From a virus (taxonomy: Duplodnaviria; Heunggongvirae; Uroviricota; Caudoviricetes), in the IMG/VR virus record IMGVR_UViG_3300038345_000251, positions 32,001 to 96,000 of that record: DNA of 64,000 bases. One strand, written 5' to 3'. Shown piece by piece: positions 38,091 to 48,572 of this stretch. The notes beneath the pieces are model-generated. The model was not told the origin of the DNA and did no database searches. It saw nothing but the letters and a program-made list of their open reading frames with translations. The position numbers and the translations under genes are program-made. Each line of letters starts with the position of its first letter. Positions within the stretch are counted from its first letter, which is position 1.

Positions 38091-39073
38091 TGAAAAAGAT
38101 TATTATAACACGTTCACAACTTAACGAGATATATAATACACCTCAACTTAAGAAAATACAAAGAAATATTTATAAAAGTGTTTCAGACTATTGTGGTAAA
38201 ATGCATTCAGATGATGCGTGGCAAGATGTTAAAACCCTTATAGGTATGATTCAATCAGTAGATGGCGTTAATGATATTCATGTTGGTGCAGGTGAGTACA
38301 CTAATTTCCTCAACCCAGAAAAAGGTGCTTATAGAGATTATCAAACAACTGTTGAAACCGAATTTGGTAATTTATATGGTTATATAAGATGTCATGCAGC
38401 TGGAACAATGGATGATATTTTTAAATATTATGACATGACAATTAGCCTTTATCCTGATAAGCAAAGAGATATGGAAATAACCGAAGACATTGATATTGCG
38501 GTTAAAGCAAATAATAATACAACTTCTGATTATTTGAACGCATTAAAAAATTCTAATACCAGAAATGATATTATGAAAGCAAGAGCCGTAACACCTGATG
38601 TAAATGCAGTTGTTAGTGGTCCTAAAACAGATGATAATTCACCTAAAATTGATGTCGAAGTACCAGCAGGTAGTACACCTGAAGATGTTATGATTAAGCA
38701 GCCTGAAATTGGTAATGCTATAACTAATAAAGGTGCACAAGCATTTGTTCATGGTGATGGTTATCCTAACGAATCAAAACGTTATACAAAAAAACAAGTT
38801 GAACAGGCTCGTCTTTATGAAATGAGAAGAACAGGAACAATCATGACTAAAAAAGAACTTCGTGAAAATATTCTTGGTGAAAAAGAAACAATTATTCCAA
38901 AACTTAAATCAATGAATATGTTTCAAGCACTTGAATGTTTCAGGCAAGTTTATGGTGATGAAGCACTTCAAAATCTTTCAACTTCTTGGGATATGTTACG
39001 GGGTATTGTAAATTATTTCTATAATTCAGACGAAGAAAAACAACAGAAGTTTTTAGAATTAATTAATCAATAA
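38090..39073 (+). CDS. Hypothetical head protein with leader
   Basis: MKKIIITRSQLNE leader. Confidence 0.6.
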   Translation: MKKIIITRSQLNEIYNTPQLKKIQRNIYKSVSDYCGKMHSDDAWQDVKTLIGMIQSVDGVNDIHVGAGEYTNFLNPEKGAYRDYQTTVETEFGNLYGYIRCHAAGTMDDIFKYYDMTISLYPDKQRDMEITEDIDIAVKANNNTTSDYLNALKNSNTRNDIMKARAVTPDVNAVVSGPKTDDNSPKIDVEVPAGSTPEDVMIKQPEIGNAITNKGAQAFVHGDGYPNESKRYTKKQVEQARLYEMRRTGTIMTKKELRENILGEKETIIPKLKSMNMFQALECFRQVYGDEALQNLSTSWDMLRGIVNYFYNSDEEKQQKFLELINQ

Positions 39074-39151
39074 TCTATTTTTTATTTAAATAAGTCAGCG
39101 AAAAACAAGTGTTAACAACTTATTTCGCTGACTTTTACTATTTATATGTAT

Positions 39152-40339
39152 ATGAAAACGATTTATATAACAGAAGAACAAAAAAAGATTTTAAGTGAAG
39201 GTATTCTTATGGATTCACTTCCAGAAGATATTACTAATTCTATATTACAAGGTGAAACATCATTAAAAAATAACCCTGCTATACCTAATGTTTTTGAACA
39301 CAGTTATCTTGAAAAAGTGTTGAAAAAACGTTTTATTGAAGTGGTTGATGAACTTAAGAAAATAGGTGAAATTAATGACGTTCCTGATACTGATATTCCA
39401 ACAGTATTAAATAAACTTATATTAAAATGTCAGGAAATAGAAAAGCCATATAGAAATGAACTTGAAAAATTATGCTATAACTATTTGGTTGATTTATTCG
39501 CAATACCAGATGATATTGTAACAGTTGAATTTACATTAGTTGATGAGGTTGATATTAATACTGATGTTATTAAACTTGACCCTGTATATGGCGAAGATGA
39601 TGAAATAGAATATGAAGATTTAGTGGAAGTCGAAACAGTTAAAGATGAAGTATATAAAAGAAGAATGTTAGATGTTCTTTCTATGGGCGCAGGAATACAA
39701 GTTTCTTCAAATATTAAATCTTATTTATCAGATATTTACGATATTGAACCAAAACTTGCTGATTTATATAGAAAAATATTGGCTTTAAATAATTATTTGT
39801 TGTTAACAAGAGAAAATCTTGGAATGACAGATGAAAATAATATGCAAATTGGTACTGTAGAAGTAACTCTTAACAACGGTGATATTAAACCAATTATTAA
39901 AGCACAAGGTGAGATATTTCCTGTACTTTTAAGTGAAAGTGTAAGAGGGTTTATGGAATTATTTGCTTCACATGGTTTACCTAAAGATATGAATATACTT
40001 AATAGTGTTTTGAATAAGGCAGATTATCTTAAAGCAGAACCTTGGGATATGAGAATTGGTCCGTCATTATGGACAATAATGAGTGAATCATTTGGCGAGA
40101 TTGATTTTACTACTATACCTTTTGTATATAGAACAATTGCTTGTCTTTCTTGTAAGAATTTCAACAAACTTATGAAAGAAGTACTTGCAAAAACAAGAGC
40201 AGGAAAAAGATTGATGGGTAAAATAATAGAAAAAGCAAAAAAAGATAAAGAATATAATCAATTCTCTGATAAAATGACAAAACTTAAAACAGATAAAAAT
40301 GTTATAACAGATGAATATATTCATCCAGATGAACTTTAA
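39152..40339 (+). CDS. Hypothetical head-associated protein with leader
   Basis: MKTIYITEEQKKILSE, sharing its first 12 aa with 33535. Confidence 0.6.
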   Translation: MKTIYITEEQKKILSEGILMDSLPEDITNSILQGETSLKNNPAIPNVFEHSYLEKVLKKRFIEVVDELKKIGEINDVPDTDIPTVLNKLILKCQEIEKPYRNELEKLCYNYLVDLFAIPDDIVTVEFTLVDEVDINTDVIKLDPVYGEDDEIEYEDLVEVETVKDEVYKRRMLDVLSMGAGIQVSSNIKSYLSDIYDIEPKLADLYRKILALNNYLLLTRENLGMTDENNMQIGTVEVTLNNGDIKPIIKAQGEIFPVLLSESVRGFMELFASHGLPKDMNILNSVLNKADYLKAEPWDMRIGPSLWTIMSESFGEIDFTTIPFVYRTIACLSCKNFNKLMKEVLAKTRAGKRLMGKIIEKAKKDKEYNQFSDKMTKLKTDKNVITDEYIHPDEL

Positions 40340-40376
40340 TAAAATATAAACTATTTATATAAAAATATTTACTACT

Positions 40377-40994
40377 ATGAGAGTTGAAGAATTTTTAAGT
40401 ACTATGGATGCACTTAGGTTTGATACAGACCTTGATGAAACCAATCCTGAATTAAGAGGAATGGTAACTAAAGTATATCCATATTTAAGAAAGATATATA
40501 ATATGATGTATGAAAGCGGTATGATTACCGAAGCACATGGTGTTAAGAAACATAACACACCTAAAGATAAACGTGCTGCTGAAAGGAAAGGTAATCGTGA
40601 TGCTGAAAAAGATATGTTTGGTGATGGTTTTAAATCAAAAAATAAAATTCATAAAATTAAAAATTACAATAGAAGAGACAATAAGAAAGTAAGTATCGAA
40701 GACAATGATATGAACGAATCTAAAAATATTGTCAGATTAAGCGAATCAGAACTTAAGAATATGGTTCAAGAATCAGTTAAAAGAATTGTAAAAGAATCAT
40801 ATATGGATATTCCTGATGCTAACAAAACATTTGATAGTGATAACGATTATATTACTGTTAGTGTACCATCTGATAAATTTGGTGAACTTAAACATCAAAT
40901 TGGTGTTAAAATGAAAGAACTTGGTTATGTATATCAAGATGTTGGGCAAAATGGTAATAAAGCAATGATTACATATAGAAGAATTGGTATTTAA
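40377..40994 (+). CDS. Hypothetical head protein
   Basis: Internal IVRLSESELKNMVQESVKRIVKE motif. Confidence 0.55.
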   Translation: MRVEEFLSTMDALRFDTDLDETNPELRGMVTKVYPYLRKIYNMMYESGMITEAHGVKKHNTPKDKRAAERKGNRDAEKDMFGDGFKSKNKIHKIKNYNRRDNKKVSIEDNDMNESKNIVRLSESELKNMVQESVKRIVKESYMDIPDANKTFDSDNDYITVSVPSDKFGELKHQIGVKMKELGYVYQDVGQNGNKAMITYRRIGI

Positions 40995-40996
40995 TT

Positions 40997-41722
40997 ATGG
41001 ATAGAAATAATTTGGTTGAAATACATAAAGGTCAAACAGGAACTGGATTATTAATAGAATCAGATGGTTATATTTCATCTGAAGTGGGAAATAATAAACA
41101 ACTGTTTGAATCATATAGGAAATTAAATGAAAGTATGGAAGATGGACAATTCCATTGTCCATTTCCTCTTATTTTTGATGCTGTTTTACAAAGATATGGG
41201 GTTGAAAACGCTAATGGTAGAATTTATCCTGAACATATTCTTAAAAGAGAAGTTGAGAAATATCAAAAGTTAATACAAGAAAAACGAGCACTTGCTGAAT
41301 TAAATCATCCAGCAGAATCTGTTATTGACCTTTCACGTGTTGCAATTAATGTTGTTGAAACACATTGGGAAGGTAATACACTTGTTGGTAAAATTGAAAT
41401 TATAACGAGTCCAGGTTTTAGAAAATACGGTATTATTTCATGTCAAGGAGACCAAACAGCCAATCTTTTACTTAGTGGTTATAAAATTGGTCTATCTTCA
41501 CGTGGACTTGGTACTGTTACTCAAAAGATGGGTATTCTATATGTTGCCGATGATTATGAACTTGTTTGTTTTGATGTGGTTAGTGACCCGTCAACAGGAA
41601 ATGCTTGGATTTGTCCAGATGGTATACCATCTGAATATATTAATGTATCTGAAAGTAAAAAAACAGAAAAAAATTCTTTGTTTGAAAAGTTGGATAAATT
41701 TAATGATTGGTTAAATGATTAA
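40997..41722 (+). CDS. gp21: Prohead core protease (T4 gp21-like)
   Basis: NANGRIYP, ELNHP, GLSSRGLG, FDVVSDPS. Confidence 0.9.
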   Translation: MDRNNLVEIHKGQTGTGLLIESDGYISSEVGNNKQLFESYRKLNESMEDGQFHCPFPLIFDAVLQRYGVENANGRIYPEHILKREVEKYQKLIQEKRALAELNHPAESVIDLSRVAINVVETHWEGNTLVGKIEIITSPGFRKYGIISCQGDQTANLLLSGYKIGLSSRGLGTVTQKMGILYVADDYELVCFDVVSDPSTGNAWICPDGIPSEYINVSESKKTEKNSLFEKLDKFNDWLND

Positions 41723-41917
41723 ATTGTTAAATGTAGAGGATATTATTAAAAAACTTTCAAATAATGGTTTATTTGAAACTATTGTTAAAGAAATTTGTAA
41801 AAGTTTAACCTAAAATACTGTTAAAATGTTAATTTTTAAGTGTTAAAAAAGTTTTTTTCACTTTTACAAAATATTTATAAATAAAATAATAAGAAATAAA
41901 TGCTAATTTGAGTAAAA

Positions 41918-43483
41918 ATGAGCAAAGAAAATAAAAATATCGCATCTGAAGCACTTCTTGAATTAGATTCAATTAAAGAAGCACTTAAAGAGAATTCAAA
42001 GAGTACATTGAAAATGATGCTTGGCGAAGCTGTTAAAGATGTTCTTCGTGAGAGAATCGAAGATGAAGATGAATACGAAGTGGAAACAGAAGGTAGCGAA
42101 GAAGATAATAAATCGGAAGAAAGCACTAAAGATACTGATGATAATCAGAACAATGATTCAGAAAAATCTGGTGATGTATCAGAAGATATGAATGACGATG
42201 AAATGTCACAGGAAGCTCCAGATATGGCACAACAAGATAATATGAATCAGGTTCAGGCTGCTGAAACTCAGGAAGCACCAATGAATGGTGAAGGTGAAGA
42301 AGCAGGTGACGATTGGTCTGAATTCTCACAATATCAAACAGGTGATGAAAATACATATGACCTCACTGGCGAACAAGACTATAACCAAATAGTTAAAGTG
42401 TATAAGTTAATGCAAGATACCGACCAGGTAGTAGTTAAAAAAGAAGGCGATACTATACAGTTAACTGATGGTGGAACTGGAGCCGAATATGTAATTGACC
42501 TTGGTGGTGACAGCGAAGATGCTGAAGAACCAATGGAAGGTGAAGGTGAGGAAATGTCTGAATGTGTTGTCAAAGAAGGTTCAGATGATATTGCTGGTTT
42601 ACCAGATGATGAATCAAATGATGATACAGATGATGACGAAAGATTTGTAGAAAATGAAGGTAAAAAAAGTAAAAAGACTATGAAAGAAAACAAACAATTA
42701 GTATTTGAAGTGGACCTTGGTTATACAGACAATTATCAAAGTAAAGACCCTATTCAGGGACTTAATAACTCAGAACCTTCAAAATCTGGCAAATCTTGGG
42801 AAAAAGGTGTGCCAACAGGTACTGAAAAACCTTGGGCTGGTAGTTCAAAAGATAAAGGTGAACCTTTTGAAAAAACTGTTAACGAAGAAGATGAAGTTAA
42901 TGAATGTGGTGCTGCTTGTGCAACCAACGAAGAACCTGTAGAAGAAGGTGTTGCTGGTGCAGTAAAAGCAAGAACAACAGCTAAAGACCATACTCCTAAC
43001 AACAGAAAAGAACATCTTCCAAAGAAAGCAAGACACATTTCAACTGCTGACGAAGGTTATGATGAAATGGTTGAATCTTACAAAAGAGAAATTGCAAAAC
43101 TTAAGAAAATTAACGAAGCATACAAAAAAGAAAATGCTCAACTTAAAGAATGTGCAAAAGAACTTGGTAAGAATATCAACGAATCTTATGTTGTGAACAC
43201 CAATCTTGCAAAGATTACAAGACTTTTCACTGAAAACGTTGTAAATCAGCAAGAAAGAATTGATATTGTTAATAGATTTGCAAACGAAGCAAAAACTGTT
43301 GAACAGTCAAATGCACTTTACGAATCAATCAACAATGAACTTAAAAAGAATGGTAACAAGAATCTTACTCTTGAAAACAATGCTCCTGCTAAAGCAGAAG
43401 AAAACAAACAACTTAACGAAGTTAAAAAATCAAAGGGACTTCTTGATACCTTAGACCTCATTAAAAGAATGGGAAATTTATAA
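41918..43483 (+). CDS. Prohead scaffold/core protein
   Basis: Acidic, coiled-coil C-terminus, between protease and major capsid genes. Confidence 0.7.
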   Translation: MSKENKNIASEALLELDSIKEALKENSKSTLKMMLGEAVKDVLRERIEDEDEYEVETEGSEEDNKSEESTKDTDDNQNNDSEKSGDVSEDMNDDEMSQEAPDMAQQDNMNQVQAAETQEAPMNGEGEEAGDDWSEFSQYQTGDENTYDLTGEQDYNQIVKVYKLMQDTDQVVVKKEGDTIQLTDGGTGAEYVIDLGGDSEDAEEPMEGEGEEMSECVVKEGSDDIAGLPDDESNDDTDDDERFVENEGKKSKKTMKENKQLVFEVDLGYTDNYQSKDPIQGLNNSEPSKSGKSWEKGVPTGTEKPWAGSSKDKGEPFEKTVNEEDEVNECGAACATNEEPVEEGVAGAVKARTTAKDHTPNNRKEHLPKKARHISTADEGYDEMVESYKREIAKLKKINEAYKKENAQLKECAKELGKNINESYVVNTNLAKITRLFTENVVNQQERIDIVNRFANEAKTVEQSNALYESINNELKKNGNKNLTLENNAPAKAEENKQLNEVKKSKGLLDTLDLIKRMGNL

Positions 43484-43517
43484 TAAAGAATAAATAAAAT
43501 TAAAAATACTTAAAAAA

Positions 43518-45425
43518 ATGATTAGCGATTTTTTAAAATCTGGTCAGGTAGGTACAATTGAACTTAATGAACAGAAAAGAATTAGACAACAAATTAACGA
43601 AAGATGGGACTCTCTCGGCATGACCGACGGTCTTCAGGGTGTAGTTAAAGAAAATGTTGCAACTCTTTTTGAAAATCAGGCAAAAGCTATGCTTTCAGAA
43701 GCTACTGATAGCAATAACAGTGGTTCATTCGAAACTGTAGTATTCCCTATTATTCGTAGAGTTTTCAGCAAACTTCTTGCTAACGACATCGTTTCAGTAC
43801 AGGCTATGAACCTTCCTATTGGTAAGTTGTTCTTCCTTCTTCCTGTTACTTCAGAAAGAGAATGGTCTTCAGAAGAAATCGAAGATGGTGCAACTGGTAG
43901 ACACAAAGGTCTTATGGGTTACGAAAGAGTAGACCGTAGAGACGGTAGCACATATAATAGATTCTATCTTCCAGATGAAACTATTAATGAGCAAACTTAC
44001 GAAATTTATGACATTAAATCAGGTGAAGTCGTAGGTAGTGGTTACACTTCTTATGATGAAGCATTCGCAGCAAAAGGCGAAGGTGAAAGAGTACGTCAAG
44101 TAAGTCCTGAAGTTACACGTTATATGGGTAAAACCCTTTATGACCTCTTCTACAATGACTTCCTTTTCGATAACTCAAAAGGTAAAATCCACATCAAAGT
44201 TGGTGATGCAACTCCTGTTGTATTCAAACGTGGACAGCTTGTAGATGCAACTGAAGATGACATTAGACTTTATTCAGATGGTACTGTACGTAACCTTATC
44301 CTTAAAGTAAAAGGTTTCTCTTCATACAATGCAAGTAAACTTACTGGTCCTGATGGAAACGAAATGGACACTGAAGCATTCCTTGCTTCTCTTAAAGTTG
44401 TTGCTGATACCGTTATTGGTAATTCAGGTAGCACTTGCTTTATGCCTAATGAATCAATTCCTTTCCGTGTTGTAACACAGAAATATGGTAAAGGTATTGT
44501 AGAATATGCTGGTGCTTGTGATGCTGAAGGTTGCATTTATCTCGACCTTGACCTTGCAAAACCTGCAAAAGCACAGGGTGCTTCAATGGACGGTTATCTT
44601 GGTATTGACCCTGAAACTCTTGATTTCAACGCATTCAAAGTTGCATGGTGTCAGTATGATAGCCTTGAACTTGAAACCGAAATCGGTGAAGTATCATTCA
44701 AACTTGACAGTGTAACTGTTTCAGTTGAAGAAAGAAAACTTCGTGCAACTTGGTCTCCTGAACTTGCACAGGACGTTTCAGCATTCCACAATATTGACGC
44801 TGAAGCAGAATTAACTGCACTTCTTTCAGAACAGATTGCAGCTGAAATCGACCGTGAAATCCTTAGAGACCTTCGTAAATTCGCTCCTTGGAAAGCACGT
44901 TGGGATGTTAATGGTTGGAGAAGAATGGCTGGTTTCTCAACAAACTACACACAGAAAGATTGGAATCAGGAACTTGTTACAAAGATTAACCAGATTTCAG
45001 CACAGATTCACAAATCAACCCTTCGTGGTGGTGCAAACTTCATCGTAGTTTCATCAGAAATCTCAGCAGTATTCGATAACCTTGAATACTTCCACGTTTC
45101 AGACGCAAGTGCTGAATCAGACCAATACAATATGGGTATTGAAAGAGTTGGTTCACTTGGTGGACGTTATCAAGTATACCGTGACCCTTATTCACCTCAC
45201 TGGTCAATAATTATCGGTCATAAAGGTAAATCACTTCTTGATACTGGTTACATTTACGCTCCATATATTCCTATGCAGCTTACACCAACTATCTACAACC
45301 CTATGAACTTTGCTCCTGTTAAGGGTATTCTTACAAGATACGCAAAGAAATGTGTTAACAACAGATTTTATGGTGGTATAAACGTTGATGGGTTACAGAC
45401 TTGGGATATTAATGAACTTAGATAA
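43518..45425 (+). CDS. gp23: Major capsid protein (T4 gp23-like)
   Basis: LFENQ, PIIRRV, VSVQAM..P.G, RKLRATWSPELAQD, LSEQIAAEIDREI, YAPYIP, TRY. Confidence 0.95.
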   Translation: MISDFLKSGQVGTIELNEQKRIRQQINERWDSLGMTDGLQGVVKENVATLFENQAKAMLSEATDSNNSGSFETVVFPIIRRVFSKLLANDIVSVQAMNLPIGKLFFLLPVTSEREWSSEEIEDGATGRHKGLMGYERVDRRDGSTYNRFYLPDETINEQTYEIYDIKSGEVVGSGYTSYDEAFAAKGEGERVRQVSPEVTRYMGKTLYDLFYNDFLFDNSKGKIHIKVGDATPVVFKRGQLVDATEDDIRLYSDGTVRNLILKVKGFSSYNASKLTGPDGNEMDTEAFLASLKVVADTVIGNSGSTCFMPNESIPFRVVTQKYGKGIVEYAGACDAEGCIYLDLDLAKPAKAQGASMDGYLGIDPETLDFNAFKVAWCQYDSLELETEIGEVSFKLDSVTVSVEERKLRATWSPELAQDVSAFHNIDAEAELTALLSEQIAAEIDREILRDLRKFAPWKARWDVNGWRRMAGFSTNYTQKDWNQELVTKINQISAQIHKSTLRGGANFIVVSSEISAVFDNLEYFHVSDASAESDQYNMGIERVGSLGGRYQVYRDPYSPHWSIIIGHKGKSLLDTGYIYAPYIPMQLTPTIYNPMNFAPVKGILTRYAKKCVNNRFYGGINVDGLQTWDINELR

Positions 45426-45456
45426 TAATTCATTGAAAACCAATAGTTTAGAACTA

Positions 45457-45484
45457 AACCCTCTGAAAATCAGAGGGTTTTTTT
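45457..45484 (+). terminator. Intrinsic terminator after major capsid gene
   Basis: aaaccctctga-aaa-tcagagggttttttt. Confidence 0.8.
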
Positions 45485-45597
45485 ATTGTCCATGTTAACA
45501 AACTGTGTTTAGTAAAAATAGACGTTTTGTAAATAATCGTATTTTTTCTTGTTTTTATAAATATTTATATGTATATTTGTAATAAAATAAGAAAATT

Positions 45598-46557
45598 ATG
45601 AGAAAGATTTTTACAGAAAAAGAAAAAAATAAAATAAAAAAACTATATGAAGAAGGGAATGGTATTGTAAAAATATCTAAAAAACTTCATACAAGTGACA
45701 AAAAAATTAAACAAGTTATACTTTCATTTGGAGAAAATATAAACAATAGTAAAAACAAAAAACTTAATGGTTACTGGCATATTCGTGAAAATAATGAAGC
45801 ATTAGCAAAGACTTGTAGAAATCGTAGTGAATTTGGTGATAAATCAAGTACTGCTTATAAAGTGGCACTTAAGGAAGGATGGATTGATGAATATGAAAAA
45901 TTGTATTTTACGGATAAGAAAAATTTTCCATCATTTGACTTACCTATTCATCTTGTATATGCTTATGAAATAAAAGAGTATAATAGTGTATATGTTGGTA
46001 GAACAACTGATTTAAAAAGAAGAGATAAAGCACATAGAAATCCTACTGATAATGATACTTTGTATAATTTTTGTAACAGTAATAATATTGAAATACCGAA
46101 GCCGATTATTTTAGAAGAAAATTTGAATGCATTTGAAAGTCAAGATAAAGAAAACAAGTGGATAAAAACTTATAAAAAGAATGGCTGGAGTACATTGAAT
46201 AAACAAAAAACTGGTATTGGAAGTAGTTCTTTAGGTTCAACTGCTGCTAAATGGAACTATGAAACGTGTAAATCAGCAGCTTCTTTATGCAAGAATAAAG
46301 AAGAATTTAAAAAGAAATACAGTAGAGCACATAATGTTTCTAGAACAAATGGTTGGATTGACGAATTTTTTCCTTTTAATTCAAAACGAGAGAACGGATG
46401 TTTTGATACACTTGAAAAGTGTAAAGAAGCATGTAAAGGATATAATACAATATTAGAGATTAGAAACAATTATCCTTTTTTGTATCATAAAATATGCAAA
46501 AATAAATGGACAGAAGAAATTAGAAAGTTTATTATAGAAGAAAAGAAAAGAGACTGA
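45598..46557 (+). CDS. GIY-YIG-like free-standing homing endonuclease
   Basis: VYAY...VYVGRT...R...E.KWI...LN; flanking repeated DNA-binding modules. Confidence 0.75.
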   Translation: MRKIFTEKEKNKIKKLYEEGNGIVKISKKLHTSDKKIKQVILSFGENINNSKNKKLNGYWHIRENNEALAKTCRNRSEFGDKSSTAYKVALKEGWIDEYEKLYFTDKKNFPSFDLPIHLVYAYEIKEYNSVYVGRTTDLKRRDKAHRNPTDNDTLYNFCNSNNIEIPKPIILEENLNAFESQDKENKWIKTYKKNGWSTLNKQKTGIGSSSLGSTAAKWNYETCKSAASLCKNKEEFKKKYSRAHNVSRTNGWIDEFFPFNSKRENGCFDTLEKCKEACKGYNTILEIRNNYPFLYHKICKNKWTEEIRKFIIEEKKRD

Positions 46558-46563
46558 AATTAT

Positions 46564-46767
46564 TCAGTCTCTTTTTTTATTTGGTATATAAGAACCTGTT
46601 TTCACATATCGTTCATAACATTCCCAACTAACATGTTCACCTTCTTTATCTTCACTATCTATATTGATTACTTCAAGTCCATACCAAGGTTCACCTGACC
46701 ATAACCCTAAGTTATACTTCTTACATAAAGAAAGAAATTCATCTAAAAATTGTTGTTCTTTATCCAT
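46564..46767 (-). CDS. Hypothetical protein
   Basis: Last of four tandem minus-strand ORFs. Confidence 0.55.
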   Translation of the reverse strand: MDKEQQFLDEFLSLCKKYNLGLWSGEPWYGLEVINIDSEDKEGEHVSWECYERYVKTGSYIPNKKRD

Positions 46768-46781
46768 TTTCAGTTCAAATT

Positions 46782-47180
46782 TTAACTTTTCGGCTCAAAA
46801 TTACTATCTTTCGGCTCATTTCTTTCTTTTTCAAATTCTTTAAGTTTTTCTTCAAATTCTTCACGTTCTTTACGCATTTCTATAACTTCTTCCATAACAA
46901 CCTTTTCTCTAAAAAGATTAAATACGTTTACTTTTTCATCAGCAATTGTGTCATCGTAAACACTATTGTCAACTTCAACAATATAGCATTCATCAACACC
47001 ATACCCCATACCATCATCTTCTAAAATACGTGGATATGCGTCTAAAATCTCATCATCTACTGAAATAGATAGTTTACCATCAGATTCTTCAAATCCAAGT
47101 GCTAAAAGGATTTCCTTTAAATTCATTATTGAACAAGGCCATCCTTGAAAATCATAACATAAATTAATTTTTCCACCCAT
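46782..47180 (-). CDS. Hypothetical protein
   Basis: 132-aa ORF in operon. Confidence 0.55.
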   Translation of the reverse strand: MGGKINLCYDFQGWPCSIMNLKEILLALGFEESDGKLSISVDDEILDAYPRILEDDGMGYGVDECYIVEVDNSVYDDTIADEKVNVFNLFREKVVMEEVIEMRKEREEFEEKLKEFEKERNEPKDSNFEPKS

Positions 47181-47580
47181 TTTTCTTTAATCTTATTAAA
47201 TTTAACTTATCAATTAACTCACTATAACGTTCCCAAGCATCTATATTATAATCATAATACCAAGTCATTTTATCACCATCATTAAATGAAATAACAATGT
47301 GAGGTTTAATATATACTGTATCATCAACAACTTTTAAACTATTATTTAATTCAAGTTCTTTTTTAGTGTATAATATTTTAGTACCAAATTTACCATACCA
47401 ACTGTCAGCAAATAATGTTTCTTCTGCTATTATTTTTTTAATGCGTGGAAAAGGAAAAAATCTAAAATCCATATCTACAAAATCACCCTTATTGAACTTT
47501 TTGTAAAACTCTTTAGATTTTCTTTCTTCAATACATTCAATTTTTGAAACTGTAGCAACTGAAATTTCTCTTTCTTTCAT
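47164..47580 (-). CDS. Hypothetical protein
   Basis: 138-aa ORF in operon. Confidence 0.55.
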   Translation of the reverse strand: MKEREISVATVSKIECIEERKSKEFYKKFNKGDFVDMDFRFFPFPRIKKIIAEETLFADSWYGKFGTKILYTKKELELNNSLKVVDDTVYIKPHIVISFNDGDKMTWYYDYNIDAWERYSELIDKLNLIRLKKNGWKN

Positions 47581-47584
47581 AATA

Positions 47585-47974
47585 CTATTTATTAAACCAA
47601 ATTACGTGTGAAAAATCTGTTCTATATACTTCATCCAAAATATCAGAAGGATAAATATAAATGTCTGAAATACCTGTTTCTGTGGCATATTTACCATACC
47701 CATCATTATCGGTAAATAATTCTCTTTTACAGCCATCAATAAAACGTTCAAATGACATTAACTCACCATTCCATTTCTTACCAAAAGTCATTGTTGGGTC
47801 TTGAATTAATCGTGCTTGTCTATCGTTTTCAGAAATTTTAATTCTGATGTCTAAAGTTTCTTTAAACATTTCATCCCAAGACATTCCTTTTTTAGCACAT
47901 TCATCTTCTTTCTCAGAAAGTTGTTTAGATAATTTTTCGTTTTCTTTTATGTATTCTTTATACTGTTTGTCCAT
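47585..47974 (-). CDS. Hypothetical protein
   Basis: 129-aa ORF preceded by a TATATTTG promoter. Confidence 0.55.
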   Translation of the reverse strand: MDKQYKEYIKENEKLSKQLSEKEDECAKKGMSWDEMFKETLDIRIKISENDRQARLIQDPTMTFGKKWNGELMSFERFIDGCKRELFTDNDGYGKYATETGISDIYIYPSDILDEVYRTDFSHVIWFNK

Positions 47975-48065
47975 ATGGTTTTATTTTCTACAAATATACA
48001 ACAAAAATGGCAATAAATCAACTTTATTGCCAAAAATGTATTATATTTCTTTTTTTATAATTATG

Positions 48066-48506
48066 TTAACTATTCTTCCTTTCAATCACATTAATTTGAT
48101 AAATTGCTTTAACATGATGATGAGCAAATGTATCACAAACTGGAATGTACTCAACCAAATCTACCCTAAATAAATGCAATCCCTTCTGAAGACCAAATAC
48201 CTCCATTTCAATACTCTGCCCTGTCAATGGAATAATGTCACCTGAAGAATGCATTTCATTTGCTACTTCAATCTTGAAATCTTTCTGTGGATTATCATAG
48301 TCAATCTCTTCTTTGGCATCTAAATCAAAGAAAATCCTATTCTCATTCTTAGGATTAATGTAATTGTTAGATAAACCAAATCTGGTACTATTTCCCTCTG
48401 TTACATCTGGGAGAATGCAAGGTGTAGACCACTCAGGAATAGGATTGTCTTCAAAATGACAACCAAATAAATCTTTAATCTTTTCCCATAATTTACTTAA
48501 ACACAT
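48066..48506 (-). CDS. Hypothetical protein
   Basis: 146-aa ORF; looks more GC-rich at third positions than its neighbours. Confidence 0.55.
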   Translation of the reverse strand: MCLSKLWEKIKDLFGCHFEDNPIPEWSTPCILPDVTEGNSTRFGLSNNYINPKNENRIFFDLDAKEEIDYDNPQKDFKIEVANEMHSSGDIIPLTGQSIEMEVFGLQKGLHLFRVDLVEYIPVCDTFAHHHVKAIYQINVIERKNS

Positions 48507-48572
48507 AATTAATAATTTTTTATTTTAAAAATATAAAATTATATAGAAAAAAACAATAGTTCCCTTAAAAAA

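Noticed and set aside
48547-48572. Another TIR end (ATAGTTCCC followed by TTAAAAAA)
   Set aside because: Only 9 nt match and no partner end or TSD found
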